Assembly: GCA_019119435.1 (NCBI GenBank)
Contig: DWWZ01000154.1
Coordinates: 4,987 to 68,986 of the forward strand
Direction of reading: 5' to 3'
DNA: 64,000 nt
Source: Candidatus Butyricicoccus avicola
GTDB taxonomy: Bacteria; Bacillota; Clostridia; Oscillospirales; Butyricicoccaceae
Part shown: positions 22,631-31,775 of the stretch, piece by piece
How the letters are laid out: the number at the start of each line of letters is the position of its first letter
How positions within the stretch are numbered: position 1 is the first letter of the stretch
The notes under the pieces: model-generated
What the model was told of the DNA's origin: nothing
What the model saw: the letters and a program-made list of their open reading frames with translations, nothing else
Database searches by the model: none
Position numbers and translations under genes: made by a program

Positions 22631-23659
22631 TCACAAAAATAGTGTACTGTCTCCAAAGGAAAAGAACCGATATTCGTTCTCGACTGCGACCTTATACATA
22701 TCCAGCACCCGCTCGCGGCCGGCAAAGGCCGAGATCAGCATCATAAGCGTGCTCTCCGGCAGGTGGAAATTGGTAATGAGATGGTCGATGCACTTAAACC
22801 GGTAACCCGGATAGATGAAGATATCGGTCCAGCCGGACTGCGCACGCACGGTGCCATCGTCCGCCGCGATGGTCTCCAGCGTACGGCAGGCTGTGGTGCC
22901 GACCGCAAATACGTCGTGGCCTGAGGCGTGCGTCTCGTTGATCGTGCGCGCGGTCTCCTCGTCCATAACATAGAACTCCGAATGCATAATGTGGTCGGTG
23001 ATCTCCTCTTCCTTGACCGGGCGGAAGGTGCCAAGGCCGACGTGCAGCGTGACAAAAGCGGTCTTGACACCCTTGGCGCGGATCGCATCGAGCAGCTCGG
23101 GCGTAAAATGCAGGCCGGCCGTGGGCGCGGCCGCCGAGCCGGGCGTCTTGGAATAGACCGTCTGATATCGCTCCGGGTCGTCCAGCTTTTCCTTGATATA
23201 GGGCGGCAGGGGCATGGTGCCGAGCTTGTCCAAAAGCTCGAGGAATACGCCCTCATACTGGAAGCGGATCATACGGTTGCCGTCCTTGGGGTTGACCGAC
23301 TCGACAACACCGGTCAGCAGGCCGTCGCCAAAGGACAGCTTGACGCCCTCGCGGGTCTTCTTGCCCGGCCGGGTCAGGCATTCCCATATGCCGTCGCCGT
23401 GGTCGGTCAACAGGACGACCTCGATCGGCGTAGTGCGCCCCTCTGCGCGGCCCATGAGGCGCGCCGGGATGACGCGCGAATTGTTCATCACCAGGCAGTC
23501 GCCCGGCTTGACATACTCGATGAGGTCGTGAAAGTGCCGGTGGGACAGGGCGCCGGTCTTGCGGTCCATGACCAGCATGCGTGAGCTGTCGCGCTGTTCC
23601 AGCGGATGCTGCGCAATCAGGCGCTCGGGCAAATCAAAATAAAAATCACTTTTTTTCAT
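22631..23659 (-). CDS. queA: SAM:tRNA ribosyltransferase-isomerase
   Basis: [40 protein letters not shown]. Confidence 0.98.
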   Translation of the reverse strand: MKKSDFYFDLPERLIAQHPLEQRDSSRMLVMDRKTGALSHRHFHDLIEYVKPGDCLVMNNSRVIPARLMGRAEGRTTPIEVVLLTDHGDGIWECLTRPGKKTREGVKLSFGDGLLTGVVESVNPKDGNRMIRFQYEGVFLELLDKLGTMPLPPYIKEKLDDPERYQTVYSKTPGSAAAPTAGLHFTPELLDAIRAKGVKTAFVTLHVGLGTFRPVKEEEITDHIMHSEFYVMDEETARTINETHASGHDVFAVGTTACRTLETIAADDGTVRAQSGWTDIFIYPGYRFKCIDHLITNFHLPESTLMMLISAFAGRERVLDMYKVAVENEYRFFSFGDSTLFL

Positions 23660-23790
23660 ATCAGCTAAAATCCCGGGCGGGCCGGCCCGGATGCCTCCTT
23701 TGTCTGTTCTCTCGTAAAATCAAAGGCCCCGCCGGAGCGCGGCGGCGGCCTTGCAGGCCCGGACGCCGTCGCTTTTTCCGCAATCCCTTC

Positions 23791-23819
23791 TTGACAAAAC
23801 GCAGCCTGTGCAATAGAAT
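23791..23819 (+). promoter_or_regulatory. Sigma-A promoter of the asd-dapA-dapB leader
   Basis: TTGACA-17bp-TAGAAT. Confidence 0.75.
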
Positions 23820-23883
23820 AAAGGCATATATTTATACTTTATCATTTGCACTTTACCTCGCAAAACGAAGACGAAATTTCCTT

Positions 23884-24074
23884 CAGATAGAGGCGCGGTG
23901 TTCATCAGTATCGTCTGGGAGGGGCCGCAACCCCATTGACCACACGAAAAAGGGGCCACCGCCGAAGGTTTGCCCGGCGTTGCGGCGCGGCGGCCTGGAC
24001 GGCCCGGAAAAGATCCCGCCGTCTGTCACTGCATAGCACCCGATCAAAACGCTGTGCCGGTGGAGCGCTGTCTT
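23884..24074 (+). ncRNA. Lysine riboswitch (L-box) aptamer
   Basis: AGAGGCGC start, AGTA, GCCGAA, CTGTCA, GGAGCGCT end; P1 agatag/ctgtct; upstream of lysine biosynthesis genes; CCGGTT/AACCGG+T7 terminator at 24122-24144. Confidence 0.92.
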
Positions 24075-24202
24075 GGATGGTTGGGACAAGAATCCTGTCT
24101 TTCCATTATAGTGAGTCTATGCCGGTTTTTCAACCGGTTTTTTTCATATCTGCCTGGAATTTCGTCCAAACGGGGAACGGTGACAGGAGGCTCTCTAAAA
24201 TC

Positions 24203-25282
24203 ATGAAGCAGTATCAGGTAGGCATTGTGGGCGCGACCGGCATGGTCGGCCAGCGCTTCTCGCTCCTTTTGGAAAATCATCCCTGGTTCCACGTTGTGGC
24301 CCTCGCAGCCAGCGGCCGCAACAAGGGCAAGACGTACGCCGAGGCCGTTGAGGGCCGCTGGAAGATGGCCCGTCCGATCCCTGCGTCCATGAAGGACATG
24401 GTGCTTTTGGACGCGACCGCGGACGCCGAGGAACTGGCCGCACAGGTCGATTTCATCTTCTGCGCCGTGGACATGAAGAAGGATGAGATCCGTGCACTGG
24501 AAGAGCGCTATGCAAAGCTCGAGTGCCCGGTCATCTCCAATAACAGCGCCAACCGTCTGACCCCGGACGTCCCCATGATCATCCCCGAGATCAACGCCGA
24601 CCACGCAAAGATCATCGACGCACAGAGAAAGCGCCTTGGCACCAAGCGCGGCTTTATCGCGGTCAAGTCCAACTGCTCGATCCAGAGCTATGTGCCGGCG
24701 CTGTCGGCGATCTGGGACCTCGGCATCGAGGAGGCGGCTGTGTGTACCTACCAGGCGATCTCCGGCGCAGGCAAGACCTTTGAGACCTGGCCCGAGATGA
24801 TCGACAACGTCATCCCTTACATCGGCGGCGAGGAGGAAAAGTCCGAGGTAGAGCCCATGAAGGTATGGGGCCATATCGAGGGCGACCGCATCGTACCGGC
24901 GACTTCCCCCAAGATCAGCGCACAGTGCCTGCGCGTGCCGGTCGCGGACGGCCACATGGCGGCTGTCTTCGTCAAGCTCAAAAACAAGGCATCCAAGGAG
25001 GAGATCATTGCCAAGTGGCGCGCCTTCTCCGGCCGTGCGCAGGAACTGCACCTACCCTCTGCCCCTGAGCATTTCCTGACCTACTTCGACGAACCCGACC
25101 GTCCGCAGACCAAGCTCGACCGTGACCTGGAAGGCGGCATGGGCGTCTCCATCGGCCGGCTGCGCGAGGACTCGATTTTTGACTATAAGTTTGTCAGCCT
25201 GTCGCACAACACCCTGCGCGGCGCGGCCGGCGGCGCGGTCCTGATGGCCGAACTGCTGTGCGCCGAAGGGTATCTGGATTAA
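24203..25282 (+). CDS. asd: Aspartate-semialdehyde dehydrogenase
   Basis: GATGMVGQRF, SNCS catalytic Cys, QAISGAG, HNTLRGAAG; start after AGGAGG. Confidence 0.96.
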   Translation: MKQYQVGIVGATGMVGQRFSLLLENHPWFHVVALAASGRNKGKTYAEAVEGRWKMARPIPASMKDMVLLDATADAEELAAQVDFIFCAVDMKKDEIRALEERYAKLECPVISNNSANRLTPDVPMIIPEINADHAKIIDAQRKRLGTKRGFIAVKSNCSIQSYVPALSAIWDLGIEEAAVCTYQAISGAGKTFETWPEMIDNVIPYIGGEEEKSEVEPMKVWGHIEGDRIVPATSPKISAQCLRVPVADGHMAAVFVKLKNKASKEEIIAKWRAFSGRAQELHLPSAPEHFLTYFDEPDRPQTKLDRDLEGGMGVSIGRLREDSIFDYKFVSLSHNTLRGAAGGAVLMAELLCAEGYLD

Positions 25283-25303
25283 ACCACAAGGAGGAAACAT
25301 TTT

Positions 25304-26194
25304 ATGAAGAAGCCCGTATTCACCGGCGCAGGCGTCGCCATTATCACCCCGTTTACCTCCACCGGTGAGGTCAACTATGACGAGTTCAAGAAGATTCTCG
25401 ACTATCAGATCGACCACGGGACCGACGCAATCATCATCGTCGGCACGACCGGAGAGTCCTCGACCATGACGCTCAAGGAGCACGCCGAGGTCGTTGACTT
25501 TGGTTGTTCCTATGTCGCAGGCCGTGTGCCGGTCGTCGCAGGCGCAGGCTCGAACGACACCGCCGCGGCGGTTGAGCTGACCCGCGAGGCAGCAAAATCG
25601 GGCGCGGACGCCGTCCTGTCGGTAACCCCGTACTATAACAAGACCACCCAGCGTGGCCTGATTGCGCACTTCCAGGCGATTGCAGACTGCAGCGACTGCC
25701 CGGTCATCCTGTACAACGTGCCCAGCCGTACCGGCCTGTCCATCTCGCCTGAGACCTACAAGGTGCTGTCCGAGCATCCGAATATCAATGGCTCTAAGGA
25801 GGCCAGCGGCAATTTCTCCCTGCTGGCTGAGGCCATGCACCTGTGCGGCGACAACATGAACTTCTGGTCGGGCAACGACGACCAGATCGTCCCGCTCATG
25901 TCCATGGGCGGCAAGGGCGTCATCTCGGTCCTGTCCAACGTCGCCCCGGCCCAGACCCACAAACTGACCCAGCTGTGCCTGGAGGGCAAGTTCGACGAGG
26001 CCAGTCGCCTGCAGATCGATTACATGCCTCTTATCAAGGCGCTGTTCTGCGAAGTCAACCCCATCCCGGTCAAGAAGGCCATGGAGCTTTTGGGCTGGCA
26101 GGTCGGCGACGTGCGCCTGCCGCTGGTCGGCGTGACTGCGGAGCACGAAGCACTGCTGCGCCGCGAACTCGACAAGATGGGCTGCAAGATCTGA
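25304..26194 (+). CDS. dapA: 4-hydroxy-tetrahydrodipicolinate synthase
   Basis: GTTGES, PYYNK, LYNVPSRTG, KEASG, NPIPVK. Confidence 0.97.
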   Translation: MKKPVFTGAGVAIITPFTSTGEVNYDEFKKILDYQIDHGTDAIIIVGTTGESSTMTLKEHAEVVDFGCSYVAGRVPVVAGAGSNDTAAAVELTREAAKSGADAVLSVTPYYNKTTQRGLIAHFQAIADCSDCPVILYNVPSRTGLSISPETYKVLSEHPNINGSKEASGNFSLLAEAMHLCGDNMNFWSGNDDQIVPLMSMGGKGVISVLSNVAPAQTHKLTQLCLEGKFDEASRLQIDYMPLIKALFCEVNPIPVKKAMELLGWQVGDVRLPLVGVTAEHEALLRRELDKMGCKI

Positions 26195-26205
26195 GGTGAG
26201 TATCC

Positions 26206-26967
26206 ATGCCTAAAATCGTCCTCTCCGGATGCAACGGCCGCATGGGCCGTGTCATCACCGAAATCTGTGCCGCAAAGCCCGACATGCAGATCGTCGCAGG
26301 CTTTGACCTAAACACCCAGGCACTGGCCGATTATCCGGTCTTTGCGCACCCGGCAGATTATACCGGCCCGTGCGACGTGGTCATCGACTTTTCCAACGCC
26401 GCGCTGACCGAAGACCTGCTGGCCTACTGCAAGGCCCGCAAGCTGCCCGTGGTCATCTGCACGACCGGCCACTCGCCCGAGCAGGTCGCCATGATTGAGG
26501 CGGCCTCCAAGGAGATCCCGGTATTCCGCTCCGGCAATATGTCGGTCGGCATCAACCTGATGATGGATCTGCTCAGAAAGTGCGCGTCCGTCCTGGGCGC
26601 CGACTACAATGTCGAGGTCGTCGAGGCGCACCACAACCAAAAGCTGGACGCGCCGAGCGGCACCGCCCTCATGCTGGCCGATGCCGTATCCGAATCCCTG
26701 CCCTATGAGGCGGCGTACGTCTATGACCGCCACGAGCGCCGCGAAAAGCGCCCGCCGCACGAGATCGGCATCCACTCAATCCGCGGCGGCACCATCGTCG
26801 GCGAGCACAGCGTACTGTTCTGCGGCCGTGATGAGGTCATCGAGATCAAGCACTCTGCGCTCTCGCGCGAGGTCTTTGCCACCGGAGCCGTGCAGGCCGC
26901 GGCCTTCCTGGCCGGCAAAACCGCCCCGGGATTGTATAATATGAGCCACGTCATTGCTGCACAGTAA
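26206..26967 (+). CDS. dapB: 4-hydroxy-tetrahydrodipicolinate reductase
   Basis: GCNGRMG, EAHHNQKLDAPSGTA, RGGTIVGEH. Confidence 0.97.
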   Translation: MPKIVLSGCNGRMGRVITEICAAKPDMQIVAGFDLNTQALADYPVFAHPADYTGPCDVVIDFSNAALTEDLLAYCKARKLPVVICTTGHSPEQVAMIEAASKEIPVFRSGNMSVGINLMMDLLRKCASVLGADYNVEVVEAHHNQKLDAPSGTALMLADAVSESLPYEAAYVYDRHERREKRPPHEIGIHSIRGGTIVGEHSVLFCGRDEVIEIKHSALSREVFATGAVQAAAFLAGKTAPGLYNMSHVIAAQ

Positions 26968-26988
26968 TATTTTTTATCGCGCTGATAC

Positions 26989-27020
26989 GAAAAATCCGGA
27001 GAAAATCTCCGGATTTTTTC
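26989..27020 (+). terminator. Terminator of dap operon
   Basis: AAAATCCGGAGA/TCTCCGGATTTT stem plus T run. Confidence 0.8.
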
Positions 27021-27159
27021 ATTTTCCTGTATAAATTGTGCCGCTTTTTCGGCCGCAAGTAAAATTCCACAAAATTTTGCGTAGACTTACCGCACCTTTT
27101 GTGGTATAATCACCATAAAATCTTACTTATTCTTACATCCTAGGAGGTATCCCTTTTTC

Positions 27160-28446
27160 ATGGACAGTAGCCACATAGTCCCGATCATCGCCATCGTCCT
27201 GCTCATCGTCTTTTCGGCCTATTTCTCGGCCACCGAGACTGCATTCTCTTCGCTCAACCGCATCCGCCTGAAGAACATGGCGTCGGATGGCAATAAGCGT
27301 GCTCAGCTCACGCTCAAGATTGCAGACCAGTACGACCGCCTGCTGTCAACCATCCTGATCGGCAACAATATCGTAAATATCTGCTCCACGTCCATCGCCA
27401 CCGTGGTCTTCATCGCCTGGCTTGGCCCCTCGATCGGCCCCACCGCCTCGACCGTTATCATGACCATTGTGGTCCTGATCTTCGGCGAGATCTCACCCAA
27501 GAGCCTGGCAAAGGAATCGCCCGAACGCTTTGCCATGTTCTCGGCCCCCATCCTCCGCATCTTTCTGACCATCCTCGCGCCGCTCAACTTTTTGTTCAGC
27601 CAGTGGAAAAGGCTGCTGTCGCACTTCTTCCCCTCTGACGCAGAGACCGGCATCACCGAGGACGAACTGCTGACGATCGTGGACGAAGCGACGAGCGACG
27701 GTACCTTTGACGAGCAGGAGAGCGATCTCATCCGCTCAGCCATCGAATTTAACGACCTGGACGTCATCGACGTATTCACGCCCCGCGTCTCGGTCTGTGG
27801 CATCGAGGACACGGCAACGAACGACGAGATCAGCGCGGTATTCCGTGAGACCGGCTTTTCCCGTCTGCCGGTCTACCACGACAACATCGACCACATCGTT
27901 GGCATCCTGCATGAGAAGGACTTCTATAACCATGTGATCGCCGAACAGCAACCGGTTGCAGCCGTGCTGCAAGCGCCGCTGTATATCGCCCCCTCGCTGC
28001 AGATCTCTGACCTGCTCCGCCTGTTCCAGAAGAGCCAGACCCATCTGGCGATCATCACGGACGAATATGGCGGCACGGCGGGTATCGTCACGATGGAGGA
28101 TATCTTGGAAGAGCTGGTCGGCGAGATCTGGGATGAACACGATAAGGTGGAGCCTGAGATCGAGCAGCTATCCGAGACCGTATACCGCGTGCGCGGTGAG
28201 ACCCGTCTGTCCAAGCTGTTTGACGAGCTCGACCTGGACACGCCGGAAACCGATCTGACAACGGTCAACGGCTGGCTGATGTCACAGCTCAACACCACCC
28301 ATGAAAACCAGGTCTTCTCCTACGATGGCCTGCGCTTTACCATTGAGCAGACCAATGGGCGCTATATCGCTTTTGTCCGCGTCGAGCGCGTCGCAGAAGA
28401 CGCGCCGGAGGCCGACGAATCGCACAGCATGGAGGAAGACAAATAA
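27160..28446 (+). CDS. HlyC/CorC (CNNM-CBS) family transporter
   Basis: FSATETAFSS, TILIGNNIVN, FGEISPKS, CBS pair, DEYGGTAGIVTMEDILEELVGEI. Confidence 0.93.
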   Translation: MDSSHIVPIIAIVLLIVFSAYFSATETAFSSLNRIRLKNMASDGNKRAQLTLKIADQYDRLLSTILIGNNIVNICSTSIATVVFIAWLGPSIGPTASTVIMTIVVLIFGEISPKSLAKESPERFAMFSAPILRIFLTILAPLNFLFSQWKRLLSHFFPSDAETGITEDELLTIVDEATSDGTFDEQESDLIRSAIEFNDLDVIDVFTPRVSVCGIEDTATNDEISAVFRETGFSRLPVYHDNIDHIVGILHEKDFYNHVIAEQQPVAAVLQAPLYIAPSLQISDLLRLFQKSQTHLAIITDEYGGTAGIVTMEDILEELVGEIWDEHDKVEPEIEQLSETVYRVRGETRLSKLFDELDLDTPETDLTTVNGWLMSQLNTTHENQVFSYDGLRFTIEQTNGRYIAFVRVERVAEDAPEADESHSMEEDK

Positions 28447-28456
28447 ACCTACACAA

Positions 28457-28500
28457 AAAGAGACAGCCCCCGGCCTATCGGCGCCAGGGGCTGTTTTTTG
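28457..28500. terminator. Bidirectional terminator
   Basis: ACAGCCCC/GGGGCTGT stem with A- and T-runs between convergent genes. Confidence 0.75.
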
Positions 28501-29004
28501 TCATTTGAGCAGGGCAAAGAGGATACTATCGGTCAGCCTGCCGTGCTTGTATACACGGTTGCAGAAATAGCCCTCCCGCTGAAAACGATTCTTTTCCAAG
28601 ACCCGGATGGAACCCGGATTGCTCGCGAGGACCTCGGCCTCGATGCGCACAAGGGGCGTTTCCCGGAATGCCTGCGCGCACAGGTCATGCACCACCTGGG
28701 TGGCAATCCCCCGGTTCCAGTAGGCCTCTCCCAGCCAGAACCCGAGCGCGGCGTTTTTGCAGTAAACGTCGTCGCCAAAGTCCAGCGTAACACCGCCGGC
28801 CACCGTGCCATCGACCTCGATCGCACGCACCCAGGCGCGGTCGCAGTGGGTGCGCAGAGCGCGGTTGATAAAGAACTGTGCGTCCTCCTGGGTGTAGGGA
28901 TAGGGGAAGGTATTGCGCAGATTGTCCGATACCCGGCGGTTGTTTGCCTGCGCGGCCAATGCGGCCGCATCCTGTGGCTTCCAAGTGCGAATGTTGACTG
29001 TCAT
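28501..29004 (-). CDS. RimJ/RimL-type GNAT N-acetyltransferase
   Basis: FPYPYT, LGFWLGEAYWNRGIAT, NPGSIRVLEKN; start MTVNI after GAGGGA. Confidence 0.88.
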   Translation of the reverse strand: MTVNIRTWKPQDAAALAAQANNRRVSDNLRNTFPYPYTQEDAQFFINRALRTHCDRAWVRAIEVDGTVAGGVTLDFGDDVYCKNAALGFWLGEAYWNRGIATQVVHDLCAQAFRETPLVRIEAEVLASNPGSIRVLEKNRFQREGYFCNRVYKHGRLTDSILFALLK

Positions 29005-29053
29005 TTTGAAATCCCTCATTTCCGAAAACGTCTGGTGACGGGATGAGGGGATC

Positions 29054-29375
29054 AAAAAAGCCCTCGTCCCTTGACTACTGTGCAAGGACGAGAGCAGACG
29101 GCTGCTTCGTGTTACCACCTTCACTTTATCCGCACCTCACGGATACGGACCTCTGCGGGTACGGAGCGGCGCCAAAAGGCGGACGGCTCGATATCCAGGC
29201 GCTGTAATGGGCACACCCATCGTATCCTCAGTGCATCCGCGGGCGGTGCAGGTCGGTACGCGGCTCCAAGGCCATTTTCCGGACGCGCCTCCAGTCCCCG
29301 TTCCACCAAAGCCGGGGCTCTCTGCGCTTTCAGCCGCGCCGTACTTTCCTTTTCATTGCCTTTTCTATCTTTTCA
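29054..29375 (-). ncRNA. T-box leader, predicted Met (AUG) specifier
   Basis: Minus strand: TTGACA-17-TATACT promoter (29414-29386); Stem I with AAGTA, AGAGA, GGTGGAA; specifier loop GAAAAUGG; T-box AAGGTGGTAACACG (29121-29108); terminator plus T run. Confidence 0.9.
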
Positions 29376-29424
29376 GATTGTTTTTAGTATAACACAGGCG
29401 CGCAATTTTGTCAACCACAGGTCC

Positions 29425-30321
29425 TCACACGCCCTGCCCGTCAAACGCCGGGATAAAGCTCTCGCTGATGGACTCCCCATCTTGCAGGAAACCTGCAAGG
29501 CCCAGGTCCGAAAACAAATGCACGGCGTCCTCATACTCGCTGTCCGTGATCTTCCGATCGAGCTCGGGATAGGCCTCCATGCCAAACGGGGTGTACTGCC
29601 GCATAAGGCTGACCAGGATGCGGTCGCCAAAGTGTTCGGCCAAATACCGCAGGACCTGCGCCGTATCCCCTGCCAGGCCGGGCAGCATGAGATGGCGCAC
29701 GACCGTGCCGCGCGTCATCAGGCCGGCGGCGTCAAACTGCGGTGCCCCGGTCTGCCGCACCATCTCTGTGAGCGCCTCGCGGGCAACGTCCGGATAGTCG
29801 GGCGCGCCCGAGTACAGGCCGGCATAGTAGGTGCTGTAATACTTGAAATCGGGCAGATAGATATCGACCAGTCCGTCCAGCAGGCGCAGGGTTTCGACCG
29901 TCTCGTAGCCGCCGCAATTGTACACCACCGGGATGCGCAGGCCGTCCCGCCGCGCCATGCGCAGCGCGCGGCAGACCGAGGGGGCATAGTGCGAGGCGGT
30001 GACAAGGTTAATGTTGTGTGCGCCCTGCGCCTGCAGTTCCAGAAAAACCGCGGCCAGGCGCGCCGGTGTGACCGGGCGGCCGCGCACGGCCGTCCGGCGG
30101 CTGATCGTGCGGTTTTGGCAAAAGACGCAGCCCAGCGTGCAGTGTGTAAAAAATACCGCACCCGACCCGCGTGTGCCCGAAATCGGCGGCTCCTCCCAGG
30201 CGTGCAGCGCAGCCCGGCCGACGTACATCGTATCCGACGCGCCGCAGAACCCGCGTGCGCCCGCTGTGCGGTCCACACCACAGGCGCGCGGGCACAGTGT
30301 ACAGTGCTGATAGGCCTGCAT
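29425..30321 (-). CDS. Radical SAM protein, PflX-like
   Basis: CTLCPRACG, EEPPISG..GSG.VFF, CTLGCVFCQN, VRHLMLPG. Confidence 0.88.
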   Translation of the reverse strand: MQAYQHCTLCPRACGVDRTAGARGFCGASDTMYVGRAALHAWEEPPISGTRGSGAVFFTHCTLGCVFCQNRTISRRTAVRGRPVTPARLAAVFLELQAQGAHNINLVTASHYAPSVCRALRMARRDGLRIPVVYNCGGYETVETLRLLDGLVDIYLPDFKYYSTYYAGLYSGAPDYPDVAREALTEMVRQTGAPQFDAAGLMTRGTVVRHLMLPGLAGDTAQVLRYLAEHFGDRILVSLMRQYTPFGMEAYPELDRKITDSEYEDAVHLFSDLGLAGFLQDGESISESFIPAFDGQGV

Positions 30322-30490
30322 AGACGACTCCCCTTTCCTCTCTGTGTCGTGTCTGCCTCCCATCTTACCACATCTCCCGTCGTTTTACAACGGGTGGCCA
30401 GGATCGTCGGGCAAAGCGGCTTTGACGAACGGGGACGGACGTAGTACAATGGAAAGGAACGGAACCGAACCCCCAAGGGAGGAATTTTCT

Positions 30491-31537
30491 ATGCGATATG
30501 TCATCTCGGAATATGCGCACGACGCTTGCCCGCTGCTGCGCGATTTCCTGATCTACCTGACCACCATCCGCGGCAAATCACCCAAGACGGCGTTTGAATA
30601 CTTTCTCGACCTGCGCCTGTTTTTGCGCTTCATCAAAATTAATCGCGGTCTTGCGCCGCGCGACGTCCCGCTCGAAGAGATCTCCATCTTCGATGTGGAC
30701 GAGGCTCTGCTGCGCACCATACGCCTCAAGGATATCTATGACTTCCTGACCTATATCGGCGAGCAGCGCCCGACCCAGGCCAACAGCCCCTCGACCGACT
30801 ACGGCCTGTCCCCCATCTCCCGCGCGCGCAAGGTATCGTCCCTGCGCTCCTTCTTCCGCTACCTGACCGACAAGGTCCATGTGCTCGACTCTAACCCGGC
30901 TGGCGGCCTGGAGCTGCCAGCAAAGCCCAAGGAGCTGCCGCGCTACCTGACGACTGACGACTCCATCCACCTGCTCGAGAGCATTGAGGGCAAGTACGCC
31001 GAGCGGGATTACTGCATCTTGACACTGTTTTTGAACTGCGGCCTGCGCGTATCCGAGCTGGTCGGCCTGAACCTGACTGACGTGCGCGACGGCACGCTGC
31101 GCGTACGCGGCAAGGGCAACAAAGAGCGTATGCTGTACCTCAACGAGGCGTGCGAGGACGCCATCGCCCAGTATCTGCCCACGCGCATCACGCCGCATGA
31201 GGCCGACCGCAACGCCCTATTCGTCAGCCGCAACCGCAACCGCATCAACACCCAGACGGTCAAGTGGCTGGTCAAAAAGTACATCACGGCCGCCGGGCTC
31301 GACCCGACCAAATATTCTGCCCACAAGCTGCGCCACACGGCGGCCACACTCATGTATCAAAACGGCGTGGATATCCGCACCCTGCAAAGCGTGCTGGGGC
31401 ACGCACGGGTGGACACCACCATGATCTACACGCACATTGCCGACCAGCATGTGCGCGAAGCCTCCGAGCGCAATCCGCTGGCGCACATGACGCGCGGCAA
31501 GCTTGCTGCAAAAAAAGAGGAATCTGAGGATTCGTGA
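30491..31537 (+). CDS. Tyrosine recombinase, XerC/XerS-like
   Basis: ARKVSSLRSFF, GLRVSEL, GKGNKER, HKLRHT, LGH, TMIYTH; TTGACG-17-TACAAT promoter. Confidence 0.9.
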   Translation: MRYVISEYAHDACPLLRDFLIYLTTIRGKSPKTAFEYFLDLRLFLRFIKINRGLAPRDVPLEEISIFDVDEALLRTIRLKDIYDFLTYIGEQRPTQANSPSTDYGLSPISRARKVSSLRSFFRYLTDKVHVLDSNPAGGLELPAKPKELPRYLTTDDSIHLLESIEGKYAERDYCILTLFLNCGLRVSELVGLNLTDVRDGTLRVRGKGNKERMLYLNEACEDAIAQYLPTRITPHEADRNALFVSRNRNRINTQTVKWLVKKYITAAGLDPTKYSAHKLRHTAATLMYQNGVDIRTLQSVLGHARVDTTMIYTHIADQHVREASERNPLAHMTRGKLAAKKEESEDS

Positions 31538-31579
31538 TAGGAGCGCTCCCCGTGCATCCAAAAAAGCCATTCCCGCAAG

Positions 31580-31738
31580 TTAAACCGCCCCAGTAAAACC
31601 GAACAATCGCCAAAAGCCCCCTAATGTAGGAAAATAGAACTACGTTAGGGGGCTTCGTATGTCCGGGAAAAGCTGAATGCTTCATATTTCCCTACATAGG
31701 TGTCTCTTTGTGCTGTCCGTATAATTTGGGGCGGTTCA
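31580..31738. mobile_element. Internally deleted IS3-family element / MITE-like remnant
   Basis: Ends TAAACCGCCCCAGT / TGAACCGCCCCAAA (rc); CAAG on both flanks; internal hairpin then ATG TCC GGG AAA AGC TGA stub; no transposase. Confidence 0.7.
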
Positions 31739-31775
31739 CAAGAGGAAACGGCTTTTTTGATCTGCCGGGCGCCGC

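Noticed and set aside
29271-29280. Trp (UGG) reading of the T-box specifier
   Set aside because: Helix register leaves AUG followed by one purine, and the UGGU bulge fits A73 (Met) rather than G73 (Trp); not fully excluded.
30491-31537. Tyrosine recombinase as a prophage/ICE integrase
   Set aside because: Looks like the chromosomal XerC/XerS type; flanked by housekeeping genes with no att duplication or mobile cargo.
31612-31655. Palindrome after the Xer recombinase as a dif site
   Set aside because: Does not fit the 11-6-11 dif layout; better explained as the internal hairpin of the IS3-like remnant; gene orientation is not terminus-like.
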